Source: Felis catus
Lineage: Eukaryota
NCBI RefSeq assembly: GCF_018350175.1
Contig: NC_058368.1
Span: forward strand, 155,498,001 to 155,562,000
Direction of reading: 5' to 3'
DNA: 64,000 nucleotides
Part shown: one piece after another, positions 23,133 through 36,366 of the stretch
How the letters are laid out: each line of letters starts with the position of its first letter
Numbering within the stretch: position 1 is the stretch's first letter
The notes under the pieces: model-generated
What the model was told of the DNA's origin: nothing
The model's database searches: none
The model's input: only the letters and a program-made list of their open reading frames with translations
Made by a program: the position numbers and the translations under genes

Positions 23133-24481
23133 CTGCAAAAAACACAGATTCGGTTACGAGGCGGCCTCGCTCGGTAACAAGGCACAGGCCGCCCGGCTGC
23201 CATTCCCGGAGCCCGAGCCCCGCCCTCGGAGCCCGCGTCCCCCGCGTCCGGCCCGAGCTCCTGCGCCCGCTCCCCAGCCGGAGCGCGTCTCCGGGCCCGG
23301 ACGCGGCCTCTCCAGGCCACACCTGTACGCGAGGGCTCTCTTTGCCCCCAGGGCTCGGGACTGTCCGCGTCTGCTTCCTCCGCTGCTCTGCAGCTGGCGC
23401 CCGGGGCGGCCCTCGGAGACCTCCGCAGCCTCCGGCCCGAGGCCCCGTCCCGCCCCCGACGCGAGGACGCGGCTGGGCCACCCCCCGCGGGTTGCCCGAG
23501 GCGCGGCCGGGCGGCCCCGGGGCCTCAGCCCCTCCGGGCCAATCGAGGCGCTCGGAGGGAAGGGCCACTCCCTCTCCCGCCTCGAAACCACCCACTTCCC
23601 CAGGCTCCGCGCGCGCGCGTGCGGGCGCGGGCGCGCGCGGGGATTGGTTTCTCCTGCGCGCGGGACCCGGCTTCTTCGCCCACCCCGGAGCACCCACGTT
23701 TCTCTGCTACCCAAGAGAATAAAATAAATCGGAATTTTCTTGCCTCTCTTGGAAGCTGTGCCGTTAGACATAATTTGTCTCAGGGAGGTCACTGCGACCA
23801 AATTACATGGGATGCTTCATGAAGGTTCAGATTGAAAGGAGACTATCCCTAGAAGTGCCCTGGGAGGCTACATTTTTACAGACTTTAGGGGACAGTTTTA
23901 GAAAAGCTAAAAAAAAGCGTTTCAAAAGCAGTGACTACAAAAAGAGCATCTAGGCCTTCTATTTTGTCGGGAGGAATTCGACTTAGAAAACACAAGTTTA
24001 GTTTGTCACTTTACTGGGTTATTTTACTACAGCTTTTTTTGTGGCTTCAATTTGATACTAATGTGTTTTTCAAATCAAACCTACCTTCAGTTTAACACAG
24101 GCAAAAACTAACATGATGTAGACATAAGAACAAATGAGGATATAAATCTGTTTCGACTCCTTGTGATAACGTTTCATTTCACCAGCCTCTTCATAACAAC
24201 CATTTGTTTAATTACAAAAATAAAAATAATAACAGCAAAGACTCCTAGCATAGAAATGAGTGAACAGCTTTGAAACAGTTGAAATCTCTTCCTAGATCAC
24301 TCAATTATGCAGAGAGACACTGCCTGGAAGTCTTGGGATTCAGGGCCTCTGTCTGATACTTTAACATTGTTAATGATAATTCTTTAGTCTGTAATAGTAG
24401 GTCATTGCTATGGTTACTCTACAATGGTGCAACACTTTGCTTTCCCCTTCAGCTATTCGCTGAGACCTGGTAACCACATTT

Positions 24482-24494
24482 GTTGCCTAGCAAC
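24482..24494. promoter_or_regulatory. RFX X-box GTTGCCTAGCAAC
   Basis: Exact match to the palindromic RFX consensus; weaker X-box-like sites at 24404-24417 and 24462-24474. Confidence 0.5.
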
Positions 24495-26734
24495 AGTTTT
24501 GTGACAGTATCACAATCTGGGAGTTACAACAATAAGGATGCTATGGCTGCAGTCGGCCAGAGAGCAGAAAGCTACAGTCTGTGCATGGGACTTAGATACG
24601 GGAACTGGCCCTACTAGAGAACCCCTGTCTTTAGAGGTGCCCTCACAAGGATGGTCTCTATCCCCTTATCCTCTGCAATTTGGCTTTATGAACTGGCACT
24701 GGGAACTTAGATCCACTATTTAAGTCATATCCTTGAAAAATATTCTCCAACACTACTGTATTCAGATAACAAAAATGAGGTCATTTCTTGTTTGCTTACG
24801 CATTTTTGGCAAAATTCAATGTTATTCAATGGGAGAGAGAAATGAGTATAGGTTATTTTGGCATAACCTAAAGTGCGTGACTTGAATTTGACAAGTCTTA
24901 ATAGAATTCTTGGGGGGAAAATGTATGTGTATATATATGTATGTATGTGTGTATATGTATGTATATATGCCTGGCTGCATCAAAGATATATAAACTTTCA
25001 AGTTCCTTAAAAAATACATAACATCTGGATATTTATCATTGTAATTCTCACTGATTTATTCTTATGACAATCTTAAAGAATTCTTTTGAATTTGGAAGGC
25101 ATTTATATTCTCTAAACCCAAGTAGTAAGTCATTCTAGATATGCTCAGACATACCTACTTGAAGTAATATTTTGTGGGTCTATCGAGAGAGGGCCTAGTT
25201 TCTGGATAGGTTTATGCAATACCTGTTCCTATTTCTACAGTGCTTGCGGATCTAGTTTCACTTCAGTAATAACTAATGGCACTTACAATGATAAAATACT
25301 TTAAAATCAATTGTATTCCTGTCTTTTGAAGATGCACACTACATGGCAACACCCATTTCCAAACACAATAAGAAAGAAAGAAAGAAAAAAAAAAGGTGTT
25401 AATTGTCTTCTTTTCCTTCTCATTTCCCATGCTTCCAGCCTCATTTGGCATTTCCTCCATAGTGATCACACTTACACTTAGTAGTGTTACCAAGGCTATG
25501 ATCAATTTGTGAGCTTTCTCAGGGAATTCTTCTCATAATTCCTCCCACCCCATGAAAGCCAATTCAATCTATGAATCTAGAGGGACCTAAGGAGTCAATG
25601 GTCTGAAGCAATTTAACTCCTTTATTTTTTCTTTCCTGGTGACAATCTTTCTGAAGGATGAACAAATTTCCCTGGTGATAAAATGACTACAAAAGCTTTT
25701 TAGTTTTAGCTTATGATGACTATCTGCTTGACTAGTCCTGGGCTGAAAAGACCAAAAATCCCTGAGTTAACTGAGTACCTGCACTGGCTCTCAACATTCA
25801 CCCTTGCAATTTAAGAGTATAAATTATGAGAGTATGTGCTCTGTCAGTGGAAGGGAAATTGCTAGGAGTGAAGGTAATAAGTGAAGTGGGGTAGAAACTG
25901 AATTACAGACAATAGATGGGGGAGGGAGAAGTCTCCCTAAAATAACGAGTAGTAACATGAATATTTTATATAAAAATGGCTTTCTTTTCAAAAATTATCA
26001 AAGGAGGTTTTTAATAATTTTTTTAAAATATCATTTGCAAGTTAGGTAATTGCATATCCATCTGGGGCTGCATATACACATTTCACGAACATGTTTGGAG
26101 ACCATTTTCGAAAGGTCTGAGCCAAAGTTCAATGAAAATATTTATAAATTAATATGAATATCTACCTATAGAATGCTTAGAAACCAGAAACTTTTGAGAG
26201 CAGCTTTCCAGTATCTAAAAAATACACTACTTTAGGCAAACTACATGAGGACAGAAACACTGGGCCATTACATTATCTATTCATAAAAGGATATAAAAGT
26301 AGAAATTTTAGGCCAATCAAAAAAGGAGCCACTTATTGATAAGCCGCAGTGATGTGTGGGTAATATGGAAAATTATTCCATTTTGCAGTGACAACATTAT
26401 GTATAACCATGGTCTCATCTCTATCACAACTTTACCCTAATCAAAACCTCATCTTTTTAGGGACTACGGACTACTTTCCATTTTTCAGACCCCCTTTACA
26501 TAATCTAGAGGGGTTCCCACAATGTAGAGAATAAAGGGTTTCCATGTTAAATACCTGCCACGTTCTCAGGGAGTGATTTTTGTATCTTTTTGGATTGGCA
26601 GGCTTGTTCTTTCTGGATAATTCACCTTTGGGGCAAATTCAGTTTTCTAATCCATAGGATCAATTCAGTATCAAAATAAAACGTATTGGTTCCCAGTGCT
26701 TCATGACAAAAATGGGCCTTTGTTCAGTCCCAAT

Positions 26735-27500
26735 AAGTGATTCTTAGTGGGCATGGCAATGGTCTCTGGGGCATTTTGGAGATGTGTAGGGGTATTTCTG
26801 GTGGTCAAGATGATTGGAAAGAACTATTGGCATTTAACAGAAGAAGGCCAGAGATGGTGGAAATCCTACAGTTTGCAGGGCAGTAGAGCACGATGAAGGA
26901 TTGTTTTGTATCCCACATGGTTTTCAAATGTTCCGCCAGCTATTCATGTAGTTAAAAACCCTGTTTATAATTATATGGGCTCAGAATTTAGATGTGTTTA
27001 ACAAATAATCTCAAAGTACTTTTGGCATCATTTTAACATATACAGAATTTTCCAGGAATCCAACTACCATGTAAATTGAAGGGATTTTATACTTTATGTT
27101 GTTCAGAATATTAATAACCAATAGTGGTTTATACAATTACCAAGAGTGGTTTACCATATGAGAAAAATCTCATCCCTGATGGCATCACTGCCCATGAAAG
27201 TTGAGCTGTCAATAAACACACCCGCATCAGCCTGCATTTGTAGCTGTTGAATCCATGGTGATTTTATGTACAGGACTAAGTATCTGACTACTATAGCATG
27301 CCTTCTTATGTATATTTTCTAGGGCACTTTAAATATTGATGTGGATATTATTTTTATTATGAGTTACTTTTCTTTTATTCCTTCTATATGTAAAGCATTA
27401 TAATAATTTAGCAATCTTAGAAGTAGGTGGATCGTGTTATCTTTAGAATTCATATCAAGACAGTAAAAGCACTGCATAAGATTTGTTTTAATAGGAGGTA
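26735..27500. mobile_element. ancient hAT-Charlie/MER20-like DNA transposon remnant
   Basis: agtgattctt...ggggcattttggaga...actattggcatttaa...ggccagagatg...atcctaca resembles the MER20-type terminus; boundaries approximate. Confidence 0.5.
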
Positions 27501-30500
27501 TTTAAATGATCAAGTGTCAGCTTAAATAAAAATGAACAGTTAATTCTTTTTTTTATTATATTAGAGAATAATTTTCCCTATAATCTGAGCCCTACTCTAG
27601 CTATCTCTTTTATCCTATACAGAGTAGAAAATGCCTGTTATTTCTCTTAATGTTTCTTCCATAAATACTGTTTGTCAGTGATCTTATTCACTGGTAAAGA
27701 ACCAAAAGGCAGGGGGCAGGGGATCGCCCATAAAATACTAGACTGATTATTTATCCTTTACTTATCACTTGTTTTAAAAAATAAACTGTAGCAAATTTCA
27801 AAGTGGTAATGATAGCACAAATGGTCAAAAGGATTAGAAACTTTAAGTATGAAGTACGAGACTGTAAATCATATGAGAAAGATCAAATTGCTAAAATGTG
27901 TCATTTGTTTTCCCCAAAGACTATGTATTTTAAAAAGGTATCTTGTAATGGAACTGAGAAAGAGGAAGGCTACATTTATATAATAGCATTTAGAAATTAA
28001 ACAACAACAAAAAAATGGTTGGAAATAGCACTGAGAGTGGAATGCTCAAAGAATAGGGTAAGAGAGAAGAAAACATTGCTGTTTCTTCTGTCTTGTCTAT
28101 TCCCTTTACTTCTTCCTGTGATGACTTCAATCCAAGTGTTTCTTACAAGTCTGCCTTGTCCACACTCCTCTTCACTTGATCTTGGTGCTTATATTTTTTG
28201 GGCAAAAACCATGCCAAAATATGCTAGTGAGTTAGCAGCCAAAATCCTGATGTTTACTTTGGCAGATGTAGACTAGTCTGAAGCTGTACCTCATTTTATG
28301 CAGTAGATGTCTTAAAAACTTATATGTAAATATAATTTCTGTAAATAGAATTTCTTTAAAGGAAGAAGTGGGTTATTTACCTCCTCAACAAATCTTTTAA
28401 TAAAGTGAAGAAATGTCTGGGAAAGCAAATAATCACTCTTCAAGTGATATTACACACATACACACACACAGAGATGCATGCGTGTGCAGACACACATAAC
28501 ACACACATCAAATTTGTGAGCCAGAGATGAGGTTTACTAGTATAATGATGGACAGTCTAAGTTCTCACCAAAGAGATAATTTAGAAGAATTTCTTGGTCA
28601 GCTACTTGCTACTCTAATTATTGCTAGTCACCTTATTTTACATGGCCCTAGACCAAAAGGTCATGGAATAACTTCAACAATCTATGCATTATTTACATTT
28701 TCTGGTCTGGTTTAGAATAGGGAATATAACTGTTGACAGAGTGACTTCTGAATACAAAATATAATTTTTATGTCTTTGTTTTAGGGTGAGGGAAACTAGC
28801 ACGTGCCCCTACCCTCCTACCTTCTCACTGATATTCTCCAATCACCCTTCCCACTACAAAAATATACTTTATTTTTAAAGCAAAAGGTAATGAATAAATT
28901 TTGTTTCCTATAACAAAGGGGGAAAAACCTAGAAAGATATGAAACATTAATATTAACAGGATAACATGTCTATGATACTTTCAAAATGACAAGGTTTGAT
29001 TTTAAAAATTGATCTTTAACAAGAAAAAAGAAATATGGGCAATTAGGAAGTAATGAGGACCCTGTCAATATAGCTATGTTGATAATAACAGGTAAGGGAA
29101 TTCTTGAGCAAATCTAATTTATAAAAATCAAGAGGTCTGTAATATGCATTATTGAGTCCCACTGGGATTAACTAATGAACTTATAAGCTTACCAGCAGTT
29201 ATTTTTAGACAGTTATAAAGAATTAGAGAAATACTAGAGCACTGAAAAATAATGTGCCTTCTAAAAAGAAATAAAATATAACTACTAAAATTCATTTTAA
29301 AATGAATTCTAGAGCTTCTAAGGAGAACATCATTTAAAAAAAAAAAAATATTTGAGCAGAGAAGGGCTCCTAACAGAGACTCTCCAAGTTAGAAGGCACA
29401 AGTGTGAGACTCAGTCACTGTGGGGGGTGGTAAGTGGAGTGGGGTGGGCCATTCACTGGGACTGTGCACCGGAAATGCCAAGAGCAGCTTAGTAGACATG
29501 CTGCATTGCCTTGTTAAATTACTTGTGTAAGAAATAGGCAAATCTCTTTCCATTGCATGAAAAATGCAATGCTGGTTACGGCTGAAATTGTTGAGACACG
29601 AAGGCCGGTTGTCAAGCTTGACCAGAAATAAGAGACAGGCAGAAACAAAGATGTAAACTCAGGGGTAGAAATCTTTGGGTCATTTGAATCTTTTGGCATC
29701 CTGTCCTTTCCTCCAGCTTCTTTTCTACATCTCTCATCTACAGAAGGGGGATTGGGGGTGGGTATGCAGGGCATAAGGCATCTTAAGACCCAGGGAGACA
29801 ACTCTGGGACGTAAACTTATTCTTAGGCAGAGTAGACAGCCTACAGTAGGTGTGGGTCTCTGACACTGAACCTGGAAGACCTCTCTAATCGACCTCCTAA
29901 TCCATGAAAAATGGATGCATTTTTGTTGCTTCCATTGCCTATCAAATTCCAACAACTGGTTTAGAAGTGCTTTCTTCGGTTTTAATTCTTGTGTCACATA
30001 CTACTCCTAATGTTGCCACAAGGCCTGGCCTCCAGGGATACTGTTTCCCTTTAAAATTTGAGCCAAGATGGGCAAATGCTCCCTTTTTCCAGTTTCCCTT
30101 TGTCATTTTCCGCAGTAACTTTACCAAAGGATAGCAAGAGGACAGAGCCCCGAATAAGGGAATTTAAAGAACTAAAAAATAGTTATTTCCGTAAATATAG
30201 GTTCCTAATCCTATTCCCAACACAATCGTCAGGAAGAGCTTTACTAGGCTCCATTCTAAAATAGTGTTGCCTGAGAAGACTGGTACAACTTGACAGGTAT
30301 CTATCTTGTCAGGCTTCTCTTTCTCCTGGCTTCTCTGTTACTAGAGATAGGTATCCATAACTTAGGGATGCTAGTTTGACTTTGTGTATTAAGGGAAGGA
30401 GAGGAGTTGGGGAGAGAGGAGGAAGGGAGGGAGAGAGAGATGAACTGCAACATACTATCCTTATTTCAAAACCAAATCAAACACAAACATTTACTAGTTC

Positions 30501-30596
30501 AAATATCCAGATCTTTTGTGATCTTCCTCTCTCCATTGTGGACTCTACTCTAAATGATATGTTTTGTGGGCAGATAGTTTTTCTAGAGGTTCTATG

Positions 30597-31260
30597 ATTA
30601 ATTTATACATTCATACATGTATTTATTGTATGCCAGGCACTATTGCTTGGGGCTGAGGATGCATTGGTGAGCAAGATATATACAGGCTCCACTCCTGTTG
30701 CATACATGCTAGAGTGGATGACACGCAATAAACAAGGAAACCAGCGAACATGCTAATTTTGAACATGTTAACTTCAGACAGTTAGAAAACTTCAGACTGT
30801 GAAGAAAACAGCGCCGGGATGTGAAGACAATGAGGGAGGAAGATGTGGCAGGACAAAGAGAGATGGTCATCAATTTAGACTCGGTGAAGACTTCTGACTT
30901 GAGACCTGAATGGCAAGAAGGAGCCAGATGAATGTCTGGGGGCAGAATGCAGCAGGCAGAGTTGTGGAGGAACTCAAGGGCTCTCTGAGGAGAAAAGAAC
31001 TTGTCACAATTGAGGAATGGAAACGCTGGAGCACTGTGGGTGAGGAGGAAGCAGCAGAAGATGACTTGGAGGTGGGCAGCCTCCAAGCTATATGAGGTAT
31101 GGAAGGCCGTAGTGAAAGGTTTGGATTTTATTCCAAGTGCAGTGAAAGAGCTGTTGGCAGAGTTGTGAGCAGAGGAGAAATAAAATCTGACTTGTATTTA
31201 AAAAACAATACAGGATGGTATCTGGTGAATGGTGAGTGGATTATGGGAAGTTAGAATGAA
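30597..31260 (-). mobile_element. L2 LINE remnant
   Basis: cattcata..tatttattgtatgccaggcactattg is the reverse L2 3' end, followed by a typical purine-rich L2 body. Confidence 0.7.
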
Positions 31261-31689
31261 GGATTTAACCCTTCCTGCTTGTATTTATGGACTCCACCCA
31301 TGTCTAGAGCATTCTCTGGGGCTCACTATTCTACACACTTCAGAGTAGAAAATCTGTTTACTGCTAGTTCACATAAATACATTAATGATACAGTAAAAGT
31401 AATATGCAGTAAGAGTTGAGAGACTAATAAAATAATATTTCCAAGTAGTGAATAAAAAATGGAGTTGAACTAGGCAAAGCATTTTCCTAACAATTTACTT
31501 TTGTGAGTTACGCTCATACTTCTGATTTCTCAGTCCTTGGAAGCACTGCAGTGTGTGATGGCAAGGTACTGGGATGGGGAATATGCTGTCACAGCATTCC
31601 ATTTCTGCAAGCAGTCCAGAGGAAACTGTTGGGCTTACTCTCCAGGCGGGTTTTTCCACTGAGTTTTTCATTTCTATGAATGGACACAA

Positions 31690-32020
31690 CATTCTCTTAA
31701 CTACTCCAGCTGAATGCCTCTCAGCCATCTTTGATTTTTCTCCTCCCTTGTTTGTGGCCTCCTGATCCAATCAGTTACCAAATCTTGAAAATTACACCTA
31801 GGCAAAAAGTTTTTGCCATCTCTTTCTCCCTTTCTCATCCCTCTGTTATCATTCTAGATTTAACGACCTGTCATTTAGAATCCAGCAACTTCCTCCTAAC
31901 TCATTTCATTGCTTTCAGCCTCTCCTCCTTTACCTTGTACCCCTCTTACTACCAGATGAAAAATTCTAAAGTATCATTTGTGTCATATGCTTCTTTCTCT
32001 GTTCAAAAATACCTGTGAGA
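31690..32020 (+). mobile_element. L2 LINE remnant
   Basis: atccaatcagttaccaaatctt...aacttcctcctaactc, a pyrimidine-rich L2-like body. Confidence 0.5.
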
Positions 32021-32451
32021 AATAAGCCCACCTACCCAGAGGCTTTAATCAATGTTCTTGCAAGAGCAGGTGTCTGATGGTAGTTACAGCAGGCAATTTA
32101 TCTCCTAGTGTGCAAGTCCCTTCCCTGATTCCTTATTGGCTGAGTACGACAGAAGTTACAGCCTTAACTGGACATCATCCATGCCCATGTAAGGCAAAAA
32201 GTGGTCTGACTGGAACAAATGTACATTCTCCGAGGTGACACAGAGACTTTCAGTTTGTCCTCCCTTTCTTTGGTGCTTGCTCATTGCAAAGCTCGTGAAA
32301 ATAAGCCCGAGAAATAGAGAGAGGAAGAAGAACCGGGAAATGAATTGTCTAAAGGTTTGGGACTCCATTGTGTGTATGTGGTGTTGTACAAATTTCCAAT
32401 AGGTTGTAAACCTACTGTTAACTACACAGCTCAGCTTTCATTTGGTATTTG

Positions 32452-32642
32452 TTTTTTCTTTTTCTTTTTTTAAAGTTTATTCATTTATTTTGAGAGAGAC
32501 AGAGACAGTGCCAGTGAAGGAGGGGCAGAGAGCGAGAGACAGAATCCCAAGACTGAGGGCTTGAGCCCACAAAATCATGAGATCGTGACCTGAGCTGAAA
32601 CCAAGAGTTGGACACTTAATGACTGAGCCACCCAGGCGCCCC
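32452..32642 (-). mobile_element. Can-SINE (tRNA-derived carnivore SINE)
   Basis: polyT, (GA)n, ...gactgagccacccaggcgcccc; degenerate TSD tttggtattt/tttggcattt. Confidence 0.9.
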
Positions 32643-34263
32643 TGTTTGGCATTTCTGAAAATGAATCCTCTCTCCCTTACTTCTCACTTATCTGATAGCT
32701 CTCCATAATCTAAGAAATCAAGTAGAAATTCTTTAATATGCTTTAAAGCCCTCCATTCTCTGGCTTTAGTCTTCTTTTCTGAGTTTGTTTCTCAGTTCTT
32801 CTATTAGTATCCCCTATCATGTCTGTGATTTCGAAGTCTGGCCAGAGAAGAAATTAGCATTGTAAGGTTTTTGATGAGTCAATGGTCAAACTTTACTCAT
32901 TTTAAATGCAGACTGATAAATACACCTTATGTTGAAGAATATGTTAGCTTTTGTAGTTAAGAAGTAAATTCCTCTAAAATTGGAATATAATGACAGTTGG
33001 AGACTCTATAACTAAAGCTGAAAGGAGTAAGTAGAATGTTTTTCTTGCTTTCTCCAAAAAACTGGTGAGGTGATGATCCACAGTCCATTAAGCAACTAGT
33101 TGATAAGCAATGACAAATACTCAAAGTATCTTCCAGATCTCTTTAGCTAAAATGTTGTACTTACCTAGTAAATACAATTTTCTAGCATCAAAAGAGGTTT
33201 AGAAGTCAGAACTAAGAACTCTCAGAAAAACTTTAACTGTGATTGTTCAAGAGCTTCTATTCCCAAGATGCAGTTGGTTTGGTCTAAATTTAGATGCAGA
33301 TAGAAACATACCAAATATAAAATAGTAAAGACATGGAAAGGACCCTAGATAAAATTTTACCCCAACAGTTTCCTTTCACAAGTAAGAAATCTATAGAGAG
33401 ATGTGAGAAGCCAAAGGTACAAAGACATTTTACCATAATATAGTGAATATGTATGATTCAGTAAAACACTGGAATAGAAAAAAAAATTCAGATGTATGTC
33501 TGATTGCTTTAACATCCAATTCAATATTTACTTCCCTTAATAAGCTTTCTTTGGTTTGCTTACCCCATACCAACTACTCCCTTTCTGTCATGTTTCAGCA
33601 CTTTGTATGTAGTGTATATTGTATTATCATACACCCATTCTGCTTGACTAGTTATTTTATGTATGAAAAATACCTTGCTTTATCTCCAAATCTTTTGGTG
33701 GGGGTGCTAATGCTTCAAAACATTTTATTCCAGAAATCATAGTTGTTTGCTATATAAACATCATAGATGTTTGCTATATAAACAGCTGTCTGGGACAGAA
33801 TTCACCAGAAAACTGATGCTTACTAAGTACTGTTAAATATAATAAAGCACAGAATCATAAACCTTTTCTGTGGGTTTTGCACTATCTTGATGATTATTCC
33901 CATTTTGAAATTAAGGAAAGGGAGGTATACAGAAGATCATGGCATAAAAACTTATGAATTTGGAAAGCAAAATGCTACTGGTATTCTGAATACATAAACC
34001 ATTATATGAACTTTTGTAACCACACCATTATTTTGTATTGCTTTGTCAATTTTCAAAAGCAGACATGTTTTCTTTGCAGCCAGTGAAAGGAGGAAGGAGG
34101 CAGAGAGGAAGGAGGAGACAGTAAAGTAGCTAGTGTAGATTGCTCATGTCACTTAAATTATTTGGAATTGTACTAAAGCTTATAGGCCAATTTAGTAAGA
34201 ACGGATATATCTACAATACTGAGTCTGCCAACCAACGAACATGATATATTTTGCCACTTATTT

Positions 34264-34456
34264 TTTTGAGAGAGACAAAGAGAGAAAGGGTGCAAGTGAG
34301 TGAGGGGCAGAGAGAGAGAGAGGGAGGGAGAAAGAGAAGTGGGGTTCACCTGAAGTGGGGCTCATGTTCACCTGACATGGGACTGCAACTCACAAACTGT
34401 GAGATCATGACCTGAGCCGAAGTCAGATGCTTAACAGCTGAGCCACCCAGGTGCCC
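34264..34456 (-). mobile_element. Can-SINE with TSD
   Basis: TSD tttgccacttattt at 34250-34263 and 34457-34470. Confidence 0.92.
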
Positions 34457-35204
34457 TTTGCCACTTATTTAGATCATCTTTAATGCTTCTTAGTGAAGTT
34501 TTATCATTTTTTCCATAGAGAATTTGAACTTCATTTTTAGATTAATTAAGCTATAATTATTACACTTTTGGAGATAATTTTAGACTCATGTAGTTGTAAG
34601 AAATAACAGATTCATTCTGTGTCCCTTTTATGCTTTTCCTCAATAGTAGCATATTGTAAAACTGTATTATAATATGAAAGTACTACAGTTAAGACACAGC
34701 ACATTTCCATCACCACAAATATAACTTATGTAGCCTTTTTATAGCCATGCTCACTTCTCTTCCAGCCCCTCCTTCACCCCGGCAACAACTAATCTGTTCT
34801 CCATTTCTATAGTTTTGTCATTTCAAGGATGTTATATAAATGGAATTATACAGTATTCAGCCTTTTGGAATTGTTTTTTTCATTCATTTTAGTTCTTTGG
34901 AGATTTATCCAGATTGTTGTATGTCTCAATAGCTTGTTCCTTTTTACTGCTGAGTAGTATTCCATGGTATTGATGTACTATAGTTTGTTTAACCATTCAC
35001 CTGTGGAAGGACATCTGGGTTGTTTCCAGTTTTTTGGCTATTATGAATAAAGCTGCTATAAGTATTCACGTACAAAATTTTGCATGAGATAATCTTCATT
35101 TTTCTGGGATAAAATGCTCAAGAGTGCAATTGCTGAGCTATATATTAGTTACATGCTTAGTTTTTTAAGAAACTGCCACACTATTTTCTATTTCATTGCA
35201 CCAC

Positions 35205-35585
35205 TAGATGGTCAACCATGTCAACGTCACGGAGTTCCAGGAAAAACTTGGACACCAAGGCTTAGGTGGGCTTCCCTGGTTTGCAATACTCCATGTATAT
35301 TCTCACACTATGTTGCTGAAAGAAGAAAACACTGTCTATTACTTGACTTGAAGAAGACAGCTAGAAACTCATCCTTGGAAATTTCTGACACTGTGCCTTA
35401 TACGCCTCTTCCTTGACTGATTTTACTATGTACCCTTTTGCTGTACTAAACTGTCACTGTGAATATAATAGCTTTCAGTCAGTTCTGTGAGGACTTCTGG
35501 CTAATGATCAAACCTGAAGGCAGTCTTAGGGACACCCACTTGCAATTGGTATCAGAAGTGACAGTAGTCTTAGGGATTCCAGAAG
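35205..35585 (+). mobile_element. MER21-like ERV LTR fragment
   Basis: ggacaccaaggcttaggtgggcttccctggt...cttgcaattggtatcagaagtga resembles MER21; family recalled from memory. Confidence 0.6.
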
Positions 35586-36144
35586 TTTATATATCCAAAA
35601 AAATCTTGCTGGGATTTTGACAGGAATTATGTTAAACCTGTATATCAATTTGGAGAGAAATAACATCTTTATTATGCTGAGTGATTGAATATTCAAACAC
35701 GATATACTCCTTAGCTTTATTTTTTACTACTGCAAGTTTGTTGACACTATTATAAATGGATCTTTAACTGCTTACTGTTAGTATACAGAAATACAATTGA
35801 ATTTTGTATAATGATTTTGTATCCAGCAACTTTGCTAAATTATCCCTTTCATCCAAAAGATTTAACTACAGATACTGAATTTACTACATAAACAATCATC
35901 ATATGTGAACATTTTCAGGACTTTTTTTTTCTAATTGTTATGGTTCTTATTTTCTCCAGTTATAAATTAAGGAAAACTCTTAACTATAATCAAAATAGCT
36001 TCAAATATGTTTATACTACTAATTATGGAGATGAATAAAATATCATATAAAGCAAATTATTATAAATAACATAAAACTGGCACGAAGTGACTACATTTTC
36101 AATTTTGATGGATTTCTTGATGTTATATTTAAAAAGGATCTGGC

Positions 36145-36366
36145 AGGGCGCCTGGGTTGCTCAGTTGGTTAAGTGTCTGACTTCGGCTCAGGTCACGATC
36201 TCATGGTCTGTAAGTTCGAGCCCTGCATCGGGCTCTGGGCTGATGGCTCAGAGCCTGGAGCCTGCTTCGGATTCTGTGTCTCCCTCTCTCTCTGCCCCTC
36301 CCCCGTTCATGCTCTGTCTCTGTCTCAAAAATAAATAAAAAAAGTTAAAAAAAATTAAAAAAAAAA
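36145..36366 (+). mobile_element. young felid SINEC_Fc-type Can-SINE
   Basis: gggcgcctgggttgctcag..gttcgagccc..ggctctgggctgatggctcagagcctggagcctg..(CT)n..polyA; perfect TSD taaaaaggatctggc at 36130-36144 and 36367-36381. Confidence 0.95.

Larger units (their letters stand above)
22570..23720. promoter_or_regulatory. CpG island covering the FAM172A terminal exon and flanks
   Basis: Very high GC and CpG on both sides of the exon; GC boxes at 23403 and 23450, CCAAT 23539-23543, ATTGG 23643-23647. Confidence 0.85.
34160..35950 (-). mobile_element. cluster of old L1 fragments (L1M-type ORF2 pieces plus a 3' end at ~34560-35190)
   Basis: Reverse L1 motifs such as aatctgttctccatttctatagttttgtcattt, ggttgtttccagttttttggctattatgaataaagctgct and tatatcaatttggagagaa. 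Confidence 0.75.

Noticed and set aside
23133..23697. 235-aa minus-strand ORF extending FAM172A in frame into the intron
   Set aside because: It starts at GTG, has no internal ATG and is a low-complexity G/P/R/A read-through of a CpG island; the canonical acceptor at 23133 defines the real exon.
26540..26660. Possible minus-strand cassette exon ending GCAG|GTATTT
   Set aside because: Stops in all three frames and a poor acceptor; no support.
29514..30264. Cluster of 60-95 aa ORFs on both strands
   Set aside because: No recognisable protein and no consistent splice signals; possibly decayed repeat.
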